A stretch of 63,245 nt of DNA, filler included, from Dugesia japonica (GCA_001938525.1; 6 parts of 6 records of this genome joined end to end with filler, not necessarily neighbours in it), one strand, 5' to 3'; shown: positions 1 through 13,894, counted from the whole stretch's first letter. Numbers and translations are program-made. Notes: generated from the letters alone by a model not told the origin.

Positions 1-59
1 TTTATTTCTTAAAATGTTGGGTGGAAAACTAAAGATAAATTGAGAATAAATTTGGTTGG

Positions 60-600
60 GTTCTGTCCCAACAAGGGTAATGACCATGTTATTTTAAATG
101 ACTTTGATTATCTCCCGCCGAGTAACTATGAGTAACTATATAAACAAATTTGAGGATATTTTAAATAGACCTCAATTTTGTAAAATAGAAAAATTCAAAA
201 AAAATGGCAAATTATCTCCGATCAAAGGTGAAGAATTTTTAAATTATTTACTTAATCAATTAATTTATTGAAAACATCTTTTTCCTGAGTGGTATAAAAT
301 TCTTAACTCTGTTGGTTCTCAGCCGGCAAAGTCTTCCGAAGGTTCATAAAAATAATTATCCAATGAGACTTGTTTAATCCATGATTAACATGCCTCAATA
401 CAAAATTGCTAAATTTTTAGATCAAAAACTTTAATCGTTAATTTTTTTTAAAATATGAATTAGGTAGTTTCATTTCTAACCTCGATATTAATAATGCCAC
501 AGAATTCGTGATGTCTTTTGATAGTGTGAATTTATTTACTAATGTTCCGCATTATTAAATTTAGGAAATAATTAATACTCATAATTAATTGAAGATTCTT
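60..600 (+). pseudogene. Penelope-like element (PLE) reverse transcriptase relic
   Basis: Broken frames. FVMSFDSVNLFTNVP at ~505-550 matches the PLE RT motif SFDVxSLFTNVP. 200-330 is homologous to the PLE at 12305-12450. Boundaries approximate. Confidence 0.7.
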
Positions 601-1630
601 TAATATAAGTTTATGATTAACTAAATAAAATGACAACATAGGGCCGTTGATATTGTTTTATATTTCTATTTAGTGTCTAACTTAAAAACCTCATCGTTGG
701 ATATGTCAATGGCAGAGTTAAGAAAAAAGAGGTGCTCTCTGCACAAATAGCTACAAGTCAAGATAGTGAAACTTCAACAGAAACATACTAGACATCGCGA
801 GTAAAACATTCGATTCAAGGAACTGGGATCTAGCACCTTGGCAATCCAGCCGCCTGACGGCATATATCATAAAAGCTTTCGCAGACAGAGAGGGTGCTTT
901 AATTACAAACTTCCGTAGTTTAAGCCAGATCTTCAGAAACAATGAGAAAACCACAGGAGAAGAAAGGAAAGAGATTATCACCTTTGATATTGCACTATGA
1001 TGATCACATGTGTTTGTATAAATATGATCGAAATATGTCCGATAATTATTTTTCAAAAGCATTCAGCCTTGAATAAATAAAAATTAAATAATCAAAAGCA
1101 GACAGAAACAAAAATGTGGCCATGAAAAATTGAATGATAAACATGGGATACCGCGCCGTCCCGCATGTACTCGGGTTAGAGGAAACAGTGCACGAGGCTT
1201 TGTTAAATTTCTTAAATTTAAATGAAAATGTTTATTATGTATGTATAAATATTTGAATATCTTAAGGCCTGGGTTATTTTTAAAAACATTCTTTCATTAA
1301 AATATTATTACAAATATTATTCATTTCCGTTATATTATTGATATTTTTAGAATGATCTTCCTTTTATTATTGTAAATTTTTTCATTACTTTGGCTACTTA
1401 ACCCTGTTTACTCCCATAAATAAGTCCGCGAAGTTACGCAATATCATCCTACCTAATTCCTTATCCCCTAATCAGTAATTTTGTTGTAGATGTGTAATTT
1501 ATAGATGTGTTTATAGAAAATAAAAGAATAAGAGTAAAATAGTTTTATTATTTTATATTAAAGTTTCTTTTTAATGGATTTGAACATTATGAAAAAGAAA
1601 TTTTTATAATGATATGTACCTATAAAAATT

Positions 1631-1765
1631 CAATTCCTGGCGTAGGCAAAGTCGAAAATTAGAATAAGAAAAGATAAAAAAAATTTTGATCGAATCTTTT
1701 ATTTTAATGAAATCTGAAAAACGATCAATGGTTATTTCCAACAATAATTTTCGAAATAATTGTAA
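1631..1765 (+). repeat. Degenerate hammerhead-bearing repeat (PLE pLTR-like)
   Basis: caattc-CTGGCGT-a-ggc-aaa-gtc-GAAA-atta-gaat is a mutated version of the 8607 and 54799 motifs. The downstream ~100 bp resembles 8660-8750. Confidence 0.55.
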
Positions 1766-3989
1766 TTTAAAGTATGTACCAATGATATACAAATTATTGG
1801 ATATTCATTAAACCATAAACATTCATGATATAAAACAAAACTAAAACAATTACTACATACTGAAAACTGTTATTTATCAATACGAGATCTTTACAAAAGA
1901 TCTTAAGACCTTTTAAAATATATTATTTCTGGCTTATTAAATACAATCGTACTAATAAAAACTTTTGATCGATTATATCATGATTATTGTAAAGGAATTT
2001 AATTTTTAAAAAAAATTTAATGTAATTAATTAATTTTTGAACAATTATTTAATTACAGATTAATTTAAAAATATTTTTCAGAATAATTTTTTTAATTGAT
2101 TCTTTAAAATTAATTTCAATGGAAAAGGACAGAAGATTAATTTATTTAAATAATAATTATTTATTAATATAAAATGTTTTTTAAATACTTTTTCAAAAAA
2201 CCAAACTTATTAAGTATTTAATAAATTATTTTAATATTATTTATTTAATTATATTTGAGATTTATGCTCAAAAAAAATTAATTTATTATTATCTTTATTT
2301 TTTTGTTGAAAATTTATACGGATTTTTAATGCTTCGTAATCTGTATATATTTTCTTGGTATTAGACGATGTTTCTTTATACGCTGGGAGCATAAATTTAT
2401 TTATAAATAAATATTTTTTTTTATAAAAATTCAAATTTCATTTTTTCAGATATAGCTTTCGGCAAATAGATCGTCTGAATTAAATTTTCGTAATTGTCTA
2501 GAAATTTACATTAACATTATACTATTGGCGTATATTTTAATAAATAACTAATAAATATGAAAAATAAAAAAATTAATACTTTATGAATAATACCAAATCT
2601 CATTCAAGTTAAGACTAAATAGTAGAGTTCAAGTAAATTACAGAATTAGAATTTCTGTATGAAGATTTTAGATTTGAAAGGTTTCCTTTGGCTTTAAAAC
2701 GATTTGAACAAAGGAATGTGGAAATTTATTTATGAAAATATTTATTTGAATTTTAAAATTATTTAAGTTTATATAGTGTTTTTTCCTTGTTTGAATATTC
2801 TAAATTAATTTAATGTAAACATAATATTTTAAATAGCATAAATATTTTTATTTAATAAATAGTAAATTAAAATTATTAATAGAAAATTATAAATTACAAA
2901 TAAACATAATACACATAAATACATAATTATAAATACAAAATAGTAATAAATTATAAAATCAAAATAATGATAAATAAAAAATTTATTTTTAAAATATTTT
3001 CCAGGTGATATTTAATGTTTTATAAAATTTTTTTATAAAAATGAATTTTACTCAGTGGTAGTTTGCATAGATTTATTTTATAATTTTCACATCGTTTAAT
3101 TTTTTAGTGAATTCATTTTGAATTCTTGACTATGTTAGTATTTTAAAATGTACCATGTGTGGTATTTTAATTTTATTAATGTTACATTTGTAACACATAA
3201 AAATTACAACCTGTCATAAAAAAATCTAAAAACTTTAATTAATATTAGTGTCCATATAACCAATGACATTCAAAGAAGTAATTGTAAATAAGTGATTGGT
3301 AAAGAACATGAAATGAATAAAATTGAGTACCCTAATTACATATCACCTGTATTGATTTTTTTTATCGGTTATGTGCAACTAAATAAAGTATAAAAATCAT
3401 CATACTTGTATAGAGAGTATGTACTAATTTCCATCTGTTGAATGATGTATTACTATTAAAGTCATCATATTCTCCGAGAGAATTGTCATAAAAACTAGTA
3501 ACTAGTAGCAACTGATTACTCAAATGTTATGGGAAATGATTACTTAATAGACTTAGGTGTTATATAATTCCAAATTAAGTGTTGTCATATATCCTTTTCC
3601 ACAAAATAAACATCGTTCATCATCATCCATCTACCACTCTGTTTGGTCCTCTTTTTTCTACTTTTCTGCTCCTGTGCTTGCTGTTCTGCTTTTTGTGTCC
3701 TCTAGATATTGAATAATCAGTTTTATTTTTAGTGAAAAAATCATTATACTGTTGTAAGTTTTCATCTTTTGTCTATAAAGTATACATTATTATTAATTCT
3801 AGTTCTAATATTAATTTTAATTCTGAGTTGAATAGTATAAAAACTTTTACAAATTATTATTATTTTGACTATAATTATGATTTATAATTAATGATATAAT
3901 TATATATTATTTCACGAACGAGACATTTTTATACAGGAAACCCTATACATAACAATCTTCAGAATTTTATTCTGAGTTTAATGATATTA

Positions 3990-5509
3990 AAGATGTTTGA
4001 TTATCCTAAGTAATTCTAGAAAAAATAATTTTTTATCTAAGGTAAAATTTTCTATCCGGCAATTTTCTATCTTGTAAACGAAACATATTTCTATATCAAA
4101 CCTTATACACAATATGTTCAGATTGTTATTTTGAATTGAATAGTATCCTTTACAAAGCGATGTACAAAGTTATATTTGAGAAATTTAAAAAACAAGTCAA
4201 AGTATTCCCGTTCACTTGTACCCTTTCTGAAAGAACCAAGCCTTTTCCTAAAGCAAACCCTGTACAACAATATGTTTAGCTTTTAATTTTAAAACGATTG
4301 GTACCAAATTTGAAACTAGATAAAAATTGACGGAAAAAATTACAAACCAAACTTTTGACATTCGAACTTTTAGAAACTATAACTCGACCATTTGAGTCCG
4401 AATTCAAAAATTTCTTTACGTAATCGTAACGACCAATCAAAATCTTACATGTCAAAACCACTAATACAGTCAAAATGCCAAAAACTGTCAACGGCCGGGG
4501 AAAGAGTACTATTCCCGTGCGCTAGTATCCATATACTATAGTTACGAGCTCGTTGAACGAATTAAATACTATGATTGTAAGAACAATGATGAATTTGGTT
4601 CATTGGATGTAACAATCTTTTATGAATCCATCTCGAATGAAGGATCTGAAAATGTCGTCGATGTTCTAAGTGATTTCTTTGAAAGATACAAAGAACATAC
4701 AAATATTCCAGGAATCATCAAAAATGATTTCAAATGTCTTATCAATTTGTGTCTTTTCTCTGATAGCATTTTTAACGGTGAACAACTTTTTTAAAAAATT
4801 GGTCTGACAATGGGTAATAATTTGTCTCCTATTCTGGCAATAATTTTTATGAACTTAATTGAAAATAAAATAATTCCCAAAGCTGAGAAGAAATTACGTC
4901 TTTTGTCCATATATATAGACCATATTTTCTTTGTTACTAATTATCCTATAGAGAATATTTTGGAATTAGCCAATATTATTAATGATAACATCATGTTCAC
5001 TTTCAGATTCCTTTTCTGGAAACTTTAATCCAAAAGAAACCCGGTGAAATATTGACTACACAGTTACATATGAAACCATTTCAGAGTGTACATATATTAC
5101 CCTAGAGTATTAATACTAACATCAGACAGAAAATCGGAATAATCAAGGGTGAATTAATAAGAGCGGAAAGACTATCTGCAAATGAAGAAATGAAATTGAT
5201 TTCATCAGGTTGATAAATAACAAAGTCCTAAATAATGGCTATCCAAATAAAATTTTATCTAAGTATAGAAAGTTTAATAAAGTAAAACAAAATACAAACA
5301 CAATAATTAAATTACCTTTTATTAATGAGAAATGTAGCAAAATCATGCAAAATATAATAAAAAAATCGAAACTCAAACATAATTCAAGAATTATATTGGA
5401 TATTCAATATAATTGGGTATCCAATTACAGAAACCAAGACAGAAAATTTGTTGTCCCAAATGCATTTTTTATGGTAGAAATATATGTAGCAAAAAAATAA
5501 GGATAAATA
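3990..5509 (+). mobile_element. Penelope-like element, degenerate RT (truncated at 5510)
   Basis: SLDVTIFYESI, GLTMGNNLSPILAIIFM, YIDHIF (YVDD equivalent), PFLE, and KLPFINE in ORFs 4603, 4810 and 5210. Many stops and frameshifts. 5' boundary approximate. Confidence 0.8.
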
Positions 5510-6410
5510 AGTAGGTATATAGCAGCGTACTAGGATACCACCTAGTGAAAAAACAACACTGTTCTTGAATTTTGGTATGGGTTATCGTGGATTTATTGAT
5601 TGGTAATTTTGAATCGGATCAGAGTTTTTTGCCTTTTATGGGTGAATAAATTTAGCAGTTTTTTAAACTTTATTTGAATTTCTTAAAAATAACTAAATAT
5701 TGAGGATTGGTATTATGAGGAATTGTGTGTGCTTTTCGAAAGTGCAGGTGTATATTTTGGTACACTTTGTGTAGTAATGGGTGAAGTGTGCTGAAAGATA
5801 TTGTTGCAAAAGGGAAAGTGCACTCAAGAGCACTGTGCAGTTATTGGTTTTCACTGTTTTATGTGAGGATGATATGGTTTAATGTGGAACCAAAATTATG
5901 CTTATACATAGCTTAAATGACTTTTGATGTATAGTGCTTCTTTCTGGTTACTAATGGTGGCAGCACACTGGAACAGATGATGAGTTATCGCGCACTTTTT
6001 CTTAAAATTCTAATAGTTTGGAGATACTTTATGGATTTTAGTGTTTTTAGGTTGCTGAATAGGTAATGTAAGGATGGATATAATGATGATGGTTACGGGT
6101 TATTTTGATGAGAGACTGATCGATAATTTGATTGGTTTTACATAGACTTATTGGATATCATACAGCTTCTATAGGGACTTATAATATATATCCATGGACT
6201 CCCTTTTATAAATAGTTTATATTTCAAATATCCATATCTATAATAGAAATTCCAACATAACTCATCAGCTGTTCCAGTGAGCTACCACCTTTAATAACCA
6301 GAAAGACGCACTTTACACCAAACTTCCTATAGACAATGTATAGACAGAATTTTGGTCCTCCCACAACCATATAACCCTCATCTCAAAAAAGTGATAATCA
6401 ATAACTGCAT
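5510..6410. mobile_element. Polinton-like terminal fragment with internal diverged inverted duplication
   Basis: Starts AGTAGGTATATAG (compare AGTAGGTAGATAA at 21069). 5870-5990 resembles 21290-21410. 5836-5988 is inverted relative to 6257-6409. Confidence 0.55.
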
Positions 6411-8606
6411 AATTTGAAGAATTTCTTAAATCTTTGTTTGAATAATACAGATGAATAATCTCATATTTTCCATTTTGTCCGATGATGACGGTTAATTTGT
6501 CGTAATATATGACAATAAGGTTTTATTTTAAATGGCGTTATTTATTTTTTATCAAAAACTTGACATTACAAAGAAATCTGTCCAAGAATGTAATAGTTAA
6601 ATTATGAAAGTGTTTTGGGATGAAATCACAGAAAGTTAACTTAATTGAACCAAAATTTTACTGTCCAACATTTCTTTAAAGTAATTTTATATTTTACAAC
6701 CTTTAAAACATTTCATTTTTACATTAAATATTATATTACGTATTAACTATTTTCTTTTGCTTTGGGTATTTATCTCGACGATTTTTATAGATAAAATTTA
6801 AGATATTCAAAAATTACAAAAATAAATATTCAAAATAATAAAAACATTTACTACTTTAAATAGTAAGTAATTAAATTTTAACAAAAAATTTAAAATAAAT
6901 AAATAAAACATGTGACAATCTTCATAAACTATGATTGTTATTTTGTGATCGTTATATTACATAAACAATTATGCACTTTATTCAAAGCCGCAAATTTGAA
7001 TTTAATAAAAGATAAAAATAGTGTTACATAATTTGTTATTGTCAATGTTAATTTTAATTCAAATTGGCAATAGTTCATTGTTTATCAATCTTAATTATAA
7101 TGCTAATTAATTTAGACAAAGGTGACCGCCATCTGCTCAATCATATCAAATGTTTAAATTAATTAAATTCTAAAATGAAACGATTTTATTAAAACAGTTG
7201 TTTATGATTGATTCATATTATTGATTACATTTAAGTTTTAATATATACTTTCGAGAATCTTTGATATCTACTATTATGTTGTAAAATTGAAGATTTAATT
7301 GAAATGTTAAACATTTTAAAGTGAAAATAATTACATGCAAAAAATATCATAAATATGAAATTCATTTCTAGTAATGATACTTTTTCCTATTCGTTAAAAA
7401 TAGTGAACAAAAATAGATGAAAATACAATCCAATTCCAGAACTGGAATTTCATGAAGTATTTCATAATGACATTAAAATTTTTGTTTCGTTTGATTATTC
7501 ATCGTAGACTTCAGTATAGTGCAAAATGTAACGAAGAATGAAAAATACGATAATAATCGAGTAGGCATAACATCATGATACTATCAATTTCGAATGACTC
7601 ACGATGTTTCCTAACAAATGACACCCACACAGTTGAGAGTAGAGAATGTCAAAAAACAACTGTAACCAATCGGTCGCAGTTGCGTATTTGTAATTTTGCT
7701 TGTGTGTATAGCATATTAAACTAATAACTGTGTAGAATTGTGTAGGCGTATGCATACATTCCTAACATACAAATAAGCAAATCTCATATTAATTGTTGCC
7801 AAACTTTATCCCATTTGTTGGAACGATTGTAAATTTTCGATCTAGCATTCATATGATGTTCAAAAATTATTATTCGCCCAATGTGTTAGATGCAATTTAT
7901 AAAGCCATCAGATATAATCTCTAATTAAAACTGGATCATTAAAATATATTTGACAAAAAAATGTAGTTTACAATTATGAATTCTTATACTTCAAGTAAGT
8001 TGATTATATTCCATAATAATTTTAATTATATATTTTCATATTAAATGATTAATATTTTTTAATTTATTAATGATTTATCTTTTAATAAACATTGACATTT
8101 TATCCGAGAAACATTATATGTGATATCTTAAATTAAAATTTACAAACAGAATTATTAAACTATTTTTCAAAAGATAATCTTATCTTTATATGCTTCGTCT
8201 CCATTGGCTAGTTTTGTGTTTACTAAAGGATTTGACAATTTAAATTATTTTCTTATCGTTTTTTTTACGAATAATGCGGTGAATATCATTGAAAATTATT
8301 TCGGAATCCATTTTGAAATATTTATTTGATGTCTATTTTTAACCAAATTATGGATGTGTTTATTAACTTTTCATGTTCATCTAGTAAAATCTCCAATGAT
8401 AAAATTTCAGGTACATTTTAAATAATTACTGGTAATAATCTCTAAGAGATAATTGTTGATTATACATATTTAAGTGTTTATGTTATAAATTAAATAATTT
8501 TGAAATAAACTTGAAATAAAATTTCTGCATATAAGAAACGTTCTTTTTTCTATTTATCTTTAGAAAACAATTTACGTCTTCGTCAGGAATTGATTTTTTT
8601 TCAAGT

Positions 8607-8641
8607 CAATTCTTGACGAAGACAAGGTCGAAATATCGAAT
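8607..8641 (+). ncRNA. Minimal type I hammerhead ribozyme (C3U variant)
   Basis: caattc-UUGACGA-A-GAC-aag-GUC-GAAA-UAUC-gaau. Stem I attc/gaat, stem II GAC/GUC, palindromic AUAU stem III, AUC cleavage triplet. Confidence 0.7.
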
Positions 8642-9134
8642 CAATATCAAAAAAACAATTAAAAATAATTTCGATCGAAGCTTTTATTTTAGATGAATTC
8701 TAAAAAACGATCAATGGTTATGTCCAACAATTATTCTCGCAATAATTTCAATTGTAGAACAAGGATAATTTTATCATTATTACTAATAATAATAATTATA
8801 ATAATAAAAGTAATAATAATTTCATTGATTACGGCACATGTGATCTTTGTGAACTGAAAATATTTATTGTAATATTATTATAAATGTCTATAATGACACC
8901 ACCGACTTAATAATAAACTTTTGTTTAATTAAATTTTTTTATTCTACGGTAAATCTAATAATATTTTTCATGAAAAACTTGGTGACAATGGACCTTGATG
9001 TATAACGAATGTTTAATTCTTATTGCTTTTATGTCACAACTTTTGTTATTTCAAAATGATTCTATTCAAGCAGTCTAAGAATCATTTAAAACATGACTCT
9101 AACATGGAGATGAACCCAATTTAACATGCGCGTG

Positions 9135-9210
9135 ATTATTATTATTATTATTATTATATTATTATAATATTATTATTATATTATTAGTATTATATTATTA
9201 TGTTATTATA

Positions 9211-9276
<66 letters not shown>
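9135..9276. repeat. (TAT)n microsatellite
   Basis: Directly visible; runs into the assembly linker. Confidence 0.95.
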
Positions 9277-9320
9277 NNNNNNNNNNNNNNNNNNNNNNNN
9301 NNNNNNNNNNNNNNNNNNNN

Positions 9321-9332
9321 TTAATTAATTAA
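9321..9332. other. Artificial six-frame-stop contig linker (also 18105-18116, 28867-28878, 44778-44789, 54910-54921)
   Basis: Identical TTAATTAATTAA flanked by 44 N on each side, five times. Confidence 0.95.
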
Positions 9333-9379
9333 NNNNNNNNNNNNNNNNNNNNNNNNNNNNNNNNNNNNNNNNNNNNATG

Positions 9380-9860
9380 GAAGGTTTCTATGTTTTTTAA
9401 CATTTTGTATAGAAAAACGTCTATGTTTTTTTTATCATTTTGTATGGAAATATTGTCACTAGTAATATGTTTTTTTTAATGGACAAATTGTATCACCAAT
9501 GTTTTTTATAAGACCAATGCATCACCAATATGTTTTATTTTGGAAAATCGCATTGTCAATATGTTTTTTTTAATGGAAAATTACAGCGGTAATGAGATTT
9601 TTAATTAAAAATTGTAAAACTAAACAGATTTTCTATTAAAAATTTCATCGGTAATGATATTATTTATTAAAAATTACATCGTTAATGAGATTTTCTATTA
9701 AAAATTGCATCGGTAATGAGATTTTTAATGAGATTTTCTTGCAATATTATCTTAAAAAATATCAAGACTGCCCATCATATGTAAAATATAGAGACTCTGC
9801 ATGCAAAATATCAAGTCTACCCCACCTCTTACATAAAAAAGTAAATAAATTAAATTAAAT
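9380..9860. repeat. ~31-bp tandem repeat family (aaaattgcatc.gtaatgaga.tttt.tatt) plus conserved flanking block
   Basis: Same unit recurs at 25270-25400 and 27640-28015. Block 9755-9860 resembles 25826-25910. Confidence 0.75.
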
Positions 9861-11870
9861 TTAATTTAATGTAATTGCAATGAAAAATTTCCTTTTTGTT
9901 TCAATTTCATAAAATTTCGAAAATTATGTTTTTCATTATAGCTTTTTAAATTTTCAATAATTATATTAAAAACTCTGTGGTTTATGTTTGTTTGTTCTAT
10001 TTGATAGATTTATTAAAGTTTAAAAATTTTAAAAAAATTGAACGGTTTAATAAAAACATTCAGAAAGAAATGACCAAGAAAAGTATTCAAGAATGGTGAA
10101 CTTCAATGATAAAATTTTTAAACATTTCAATGAAAGTTATTTCAAAAACAAACAATAAAAATTTAGGAAAACAGATAATTTAAAAACGAGATCTTCTGAC
10201 TACATGGCGCTAATAATCCTCACTCTCCATGCTTATATCAATTCAGTGTGCAGACTGGAGAATTTGATAAGAATTTTATTAAAAAAATTATTCTAATAAA
10301 TCATATTTAATCAATTTAACAGTTTATAATTATAATTGTTATTAATAATTAAAAATATGATAGAGAACATAAAAAATATTATTTACATTTTCAGTAATTA
10401 TATGAAAAACCCAGTGGTTTATGTTTGTTTATTTGTATGCTTGTTCGTGATGCTCGATATCATTCAATACATTTCAGACGTTTTATTATAGTCGAAACGA
10501 AATGTCCGTTTTTGTTTAATAAATAAAAATTAAAAACTCAATAAAAATAATTTATTTAATCATCAATGAAGTCTCGATGCGTTCTGTAACTTCATTAGGA
10601 TTTTTTAAAATTGATAATCCTGAATAAGTTTTCAACAAAATAATTATAAATCTGTCTCTATCATTAGTTTTTATGTTTAAAACTTTACATTTTGAGCCTT
10701 ATTTTCAAAATTTATGGATACTATATTCTCATTTTTTAAATTATCTGCTTACAAAATTGACTATCAATCTGTCAATTCTTACAGATACTTTGAAAACTTG
10801 ACATAATTCTTTGACAGAACCGTATTCGGGTTCCAAAGATCGATCTTTCCCATTATGAACAACAATCTTTCATAATTTAATAGAAGCAATAATTTTTGGT
10901 CTTCTAAAATATTTGCCATTTTAAAGTTCAAAAGTTTTCAAAAGGATTTAAACAAAATATTTAATAAAAACAAATATCAATTGGAAATAAAACAATTTTA
11001 TCTAAATTCAAATTAAATTTATGGGATTCAGTAAGTATATATATATATGGAGATAATTTTTAATGAGATAAATTTCATTCATTTAAACTGGTAGTAGTAG
11101 CGACTGGTGGTGTGTGCAGATGACAGGAACGTAATCAATGCAAGCTAGTGACTTGCACTTTAAAGAATGCATCTTTCATATAAATTAATTAAAATTCACA
11201 ATCTCTGTTACGGCAGGGTTTCACAAGATTCCTCAACTATTTCTAGTATGGTATACTCGTTGGAACTGCCATATATTTTCTTAGATTGTCGTAATCATTG
11301 AACACAACATAATGTTGGGATAATATTTGTTTTCATACCTATTACAGTTTCATGTAAAATATATCAGAAATCTCACGCATTCCTCGAAAGTTTCATTCGA
11401 TTTCGTTAATTAAAATATTTAATAATTTAATATTAAAAATATATTGATTTGCCCATTTTCTAATATCATTTGAACCGCTAAATTTATTTTTCTTAAAGTT
11501 TATCTTGAATTCTTCGCAGCTGCTGAATGTATTTATCTGCAGTTATTGTTTCATTCCGATTTAACAATTCGTAGAGGACTACACTTCGCCGACCTAATCA
11601 TAAAGACAATAAAATCTTGACATGTTTGTTTGTTTTAAAATCTGATAAAGGTGATTGATCTGAATCAAAACATCGTTTTTGCGAGCGATATTTTTATATA
11701 TAAATAATTTATTATCTCTTGCTTCAATTCTGTCTAATAAAGGCTCAGTCTTAAATGGTTTTTTCAGTTATTTTCACAGATCAGTGGTTACAATTTTAAA
11801 ATTTTTATAAAAAAAGATTTATTTTAATGTTGGCCAATAGTTAACCATGAATAATTTCAATTTATTGAAC

Positions 11871-11910
11871 TATTGTTATTGAAGAAGGCATAGCCGAAAT
11901 ATTGAGAACA
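11871..11910 (+). ncRNA. Hammerhead ribozyme motif at the 5' side of a PLE
   Basis: tgtta-UUGAAGA-A-GGC-aua-GCC-GAAA-UAUU-gagaaca. Stem I imperfect. Lies upstream of PLE coding remnants. Confidence 0.6.
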
Positions 11911-13142
11911 AAATAATAACAAAAATTCTGATCTTTTGCTTTTAAAATATTTTAATATAACTAAAATTGTTTTATTCGGTGTTTAAAATTTGGACCTAAA
12001 TTCGGTATTAGAAAAAGAATTGATAAATTTCAATTTCAATCTAAAATTGAGTCATTTTTTAAATTTTATTGGACTAATTTTGATTGAAAAAACTTTTATT
12101 GCAATTTTGGAAATTTAAAACACGCGTTTCTTAAATATTCTAATGAATATTTAAACAAAAACTTTAAAGAAATTAACGGTTTTAATATTCTAAAAAATCG
12201 TCTCAAAAGGGTAATATTCTTGTAATTTTGAATGATTATGATTATATAAGTAAAATAGAAAAGGTTTGAAAGGACAGCAATTTTGTAAAANNNNNNAATT
12301 TTGTAAAAATGGTAAATTTCTACCAATCAAAGGCGAAGAAAGTTTGAATGGTTTATTAAAAAAATTAATCGGTGATAATCTTCTTGATTCTGAATTGTAT
12401 AAGGTTCTGACAGTAGTTGCTTCACAGCCAGCCAAGTTGTATGGTCTTACTAAACTTCTAAACTTTCTTTTCTGACTTATTAATAGAAAGAATGTCCAAA
12501 CATTATGAAAAAAAGATTTATCACAAACCAACAGATACAGGTTTGTATACATCTCCTAGCAGTTTTTGTGAATATCGTTACAAGTATAATATGATTAACG
12601 GATTGTTGTATAGATCGTGGACTCTTTACTCTTTATATTTGACGTCTTGTGTTAATATTCAAAGTTTAATTTCTTTACTAAATAAAAATAGTTATTGTAA
12701 ATCAATTGTGGAGAAATTAAATCGTGAAACAGTTGATAAGATCGNNNNNNNNNNNNNNNNNNNNNNNNNNNNNNNNNNNNNNNNNNNNNNNNNNNNNNNN
12801 NNNNNNNNNNNNNNNNNNNNNNNNNNNNNNNNNNNNNNNNNNNNNNNNNNNNNNNNNTTCCGTATTCAGAAGGATTTAAACAATTTAAAAATGGGTTATT
12901 AAAATATAGAAATGACTCTTGGAATTTTAAATTTCTTTCGCAATCTTATAAAATCATAAATATGTTTAGTAAAAAATCTAAAACACCAATTCAATTATGT
13001 TCTGATTTTGTTTATAAATATGAATGTAATGGGTGTAATGTCACAATATATTGAAAAGACTTCCCGTCATCTTTGTGCAAGAATTCAGGAACATCGTCGA
13101 GTTGGTAGTGGAAGTAATATTGCTGAACATAACTTGCAAATC
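11871..13142 (+). mobile_element. Penelope-like element, internally deleted (RT ends + GIY-YIG endonuclease)
   Basis: SQPAKLYGLTK, IYHKPTDTGLY (RT thumb), and FVYKYECNGCN..YI.KTSRHLCARIQEH (GIY-YIG, ~13005-13095). The RT core is missing. Confidence 0.85.
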
Positions 13143-13257
13143 AGTTGTCAGTATCCAAAGGTCAAGTCACCAATTCTCTAGATCACTTACCAATGAGGAG
13201 AAGGGATGTCGTCTAGTGTATTAGTTGATAAATGGCCGTTTCTCCTCAAGGTTGCAC

Positions 13258-13431
13258 CTTTCCTTCACGTACATGCTTAATACATGGGAAAAAATAATGA
13301 ATAGTGAATATAAATAAACAACTTCGTGGGAAACCGCCATATATCAACTACTTGGGTTGTTGGTTTGATTTTTTAATTTTTAGATTTTTAGATTTTAAAA
13401 AATATAATAAAATTTTTAATCAATAAAAATG
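13258..13431 (+). promoter_or_regulatory. Duplicated ~170-bp upstream cassette, copy 1 (copy 2 at ~13735-13897)
   Basis: Both copies begin ttccttcacgtacatgcttaatac, contain a TATAAATA box and end exactly at an ATG. Confidence 0.65.
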
Positions 13432-13635
13432 AAAGAATATACTTGTAATGATTGTAAAGAAAAATTTGATGGTAAAATTAATTTATATAAACATTTAGAT
13501 TCAAGTTTATGCAAAACGGTTTTAACTTATGAATGGCATTGTAATTATTGTGATAAAAAATTAAAGATTAGTAAAAATAAATTTAAAGCACATCAAAAAT
13601 TATGTCTTGTTAATAAATTTAACCTCCTGGTGTAG
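13429..13635 (+). CDS. Small C2HC zinc-finger protein (two fingers; may be truncated)
   Basis: CNDC-x12-H-x5-C and CNYC-x13-H-x3-C. Confidence 0.7.
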   Translation: MKEYTCNDCKEKFDGKINLYKHLDSSLCKTVLTYEWHCNYCDKKLKISKNKFKAHQKLCLVNKFNLLV

Positions 13636-13894
13636 TTTATACAAAAGAAGAAATTGAAGAAACTCATAAATCTAATGTTAAAAATTTGATATGTAAGAAA
13701 ATTATCAATATTATAAAAAATAACTTTTTATTTTTTCCTTCACGTACATGCTTAATACCTGGGATAAAATAGTGTATAGTGAATATAAATAAACAACTTA
13801 TCGGCGAACGCCATTTACATACTACTTGAGTTAATGGTTTGATTTTTAAATTTTTAAATTTTAAAAATATAATAAAATTTTTAATCGATAAAAA

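Noticed and set aside
620-1200. Possible host exon (ORF 751-1062), with similar patches at ~7450-7900, 10560-11560, 28400-28820 and 53040-53500
   Set aside because: Coding-like composition, but no recognisable motif or defensible gene model.
9277-9376. TTAATTAATTAA palindrome repeated five times inside N runs
   Set aside because: Artificial six-frame-stop linker, not biology.
10469-10505. acatttc..gac..gtcgaaac..gaaatgt hammerhead-like remnant
   Set aside because: The CUGAnGA box is missing.
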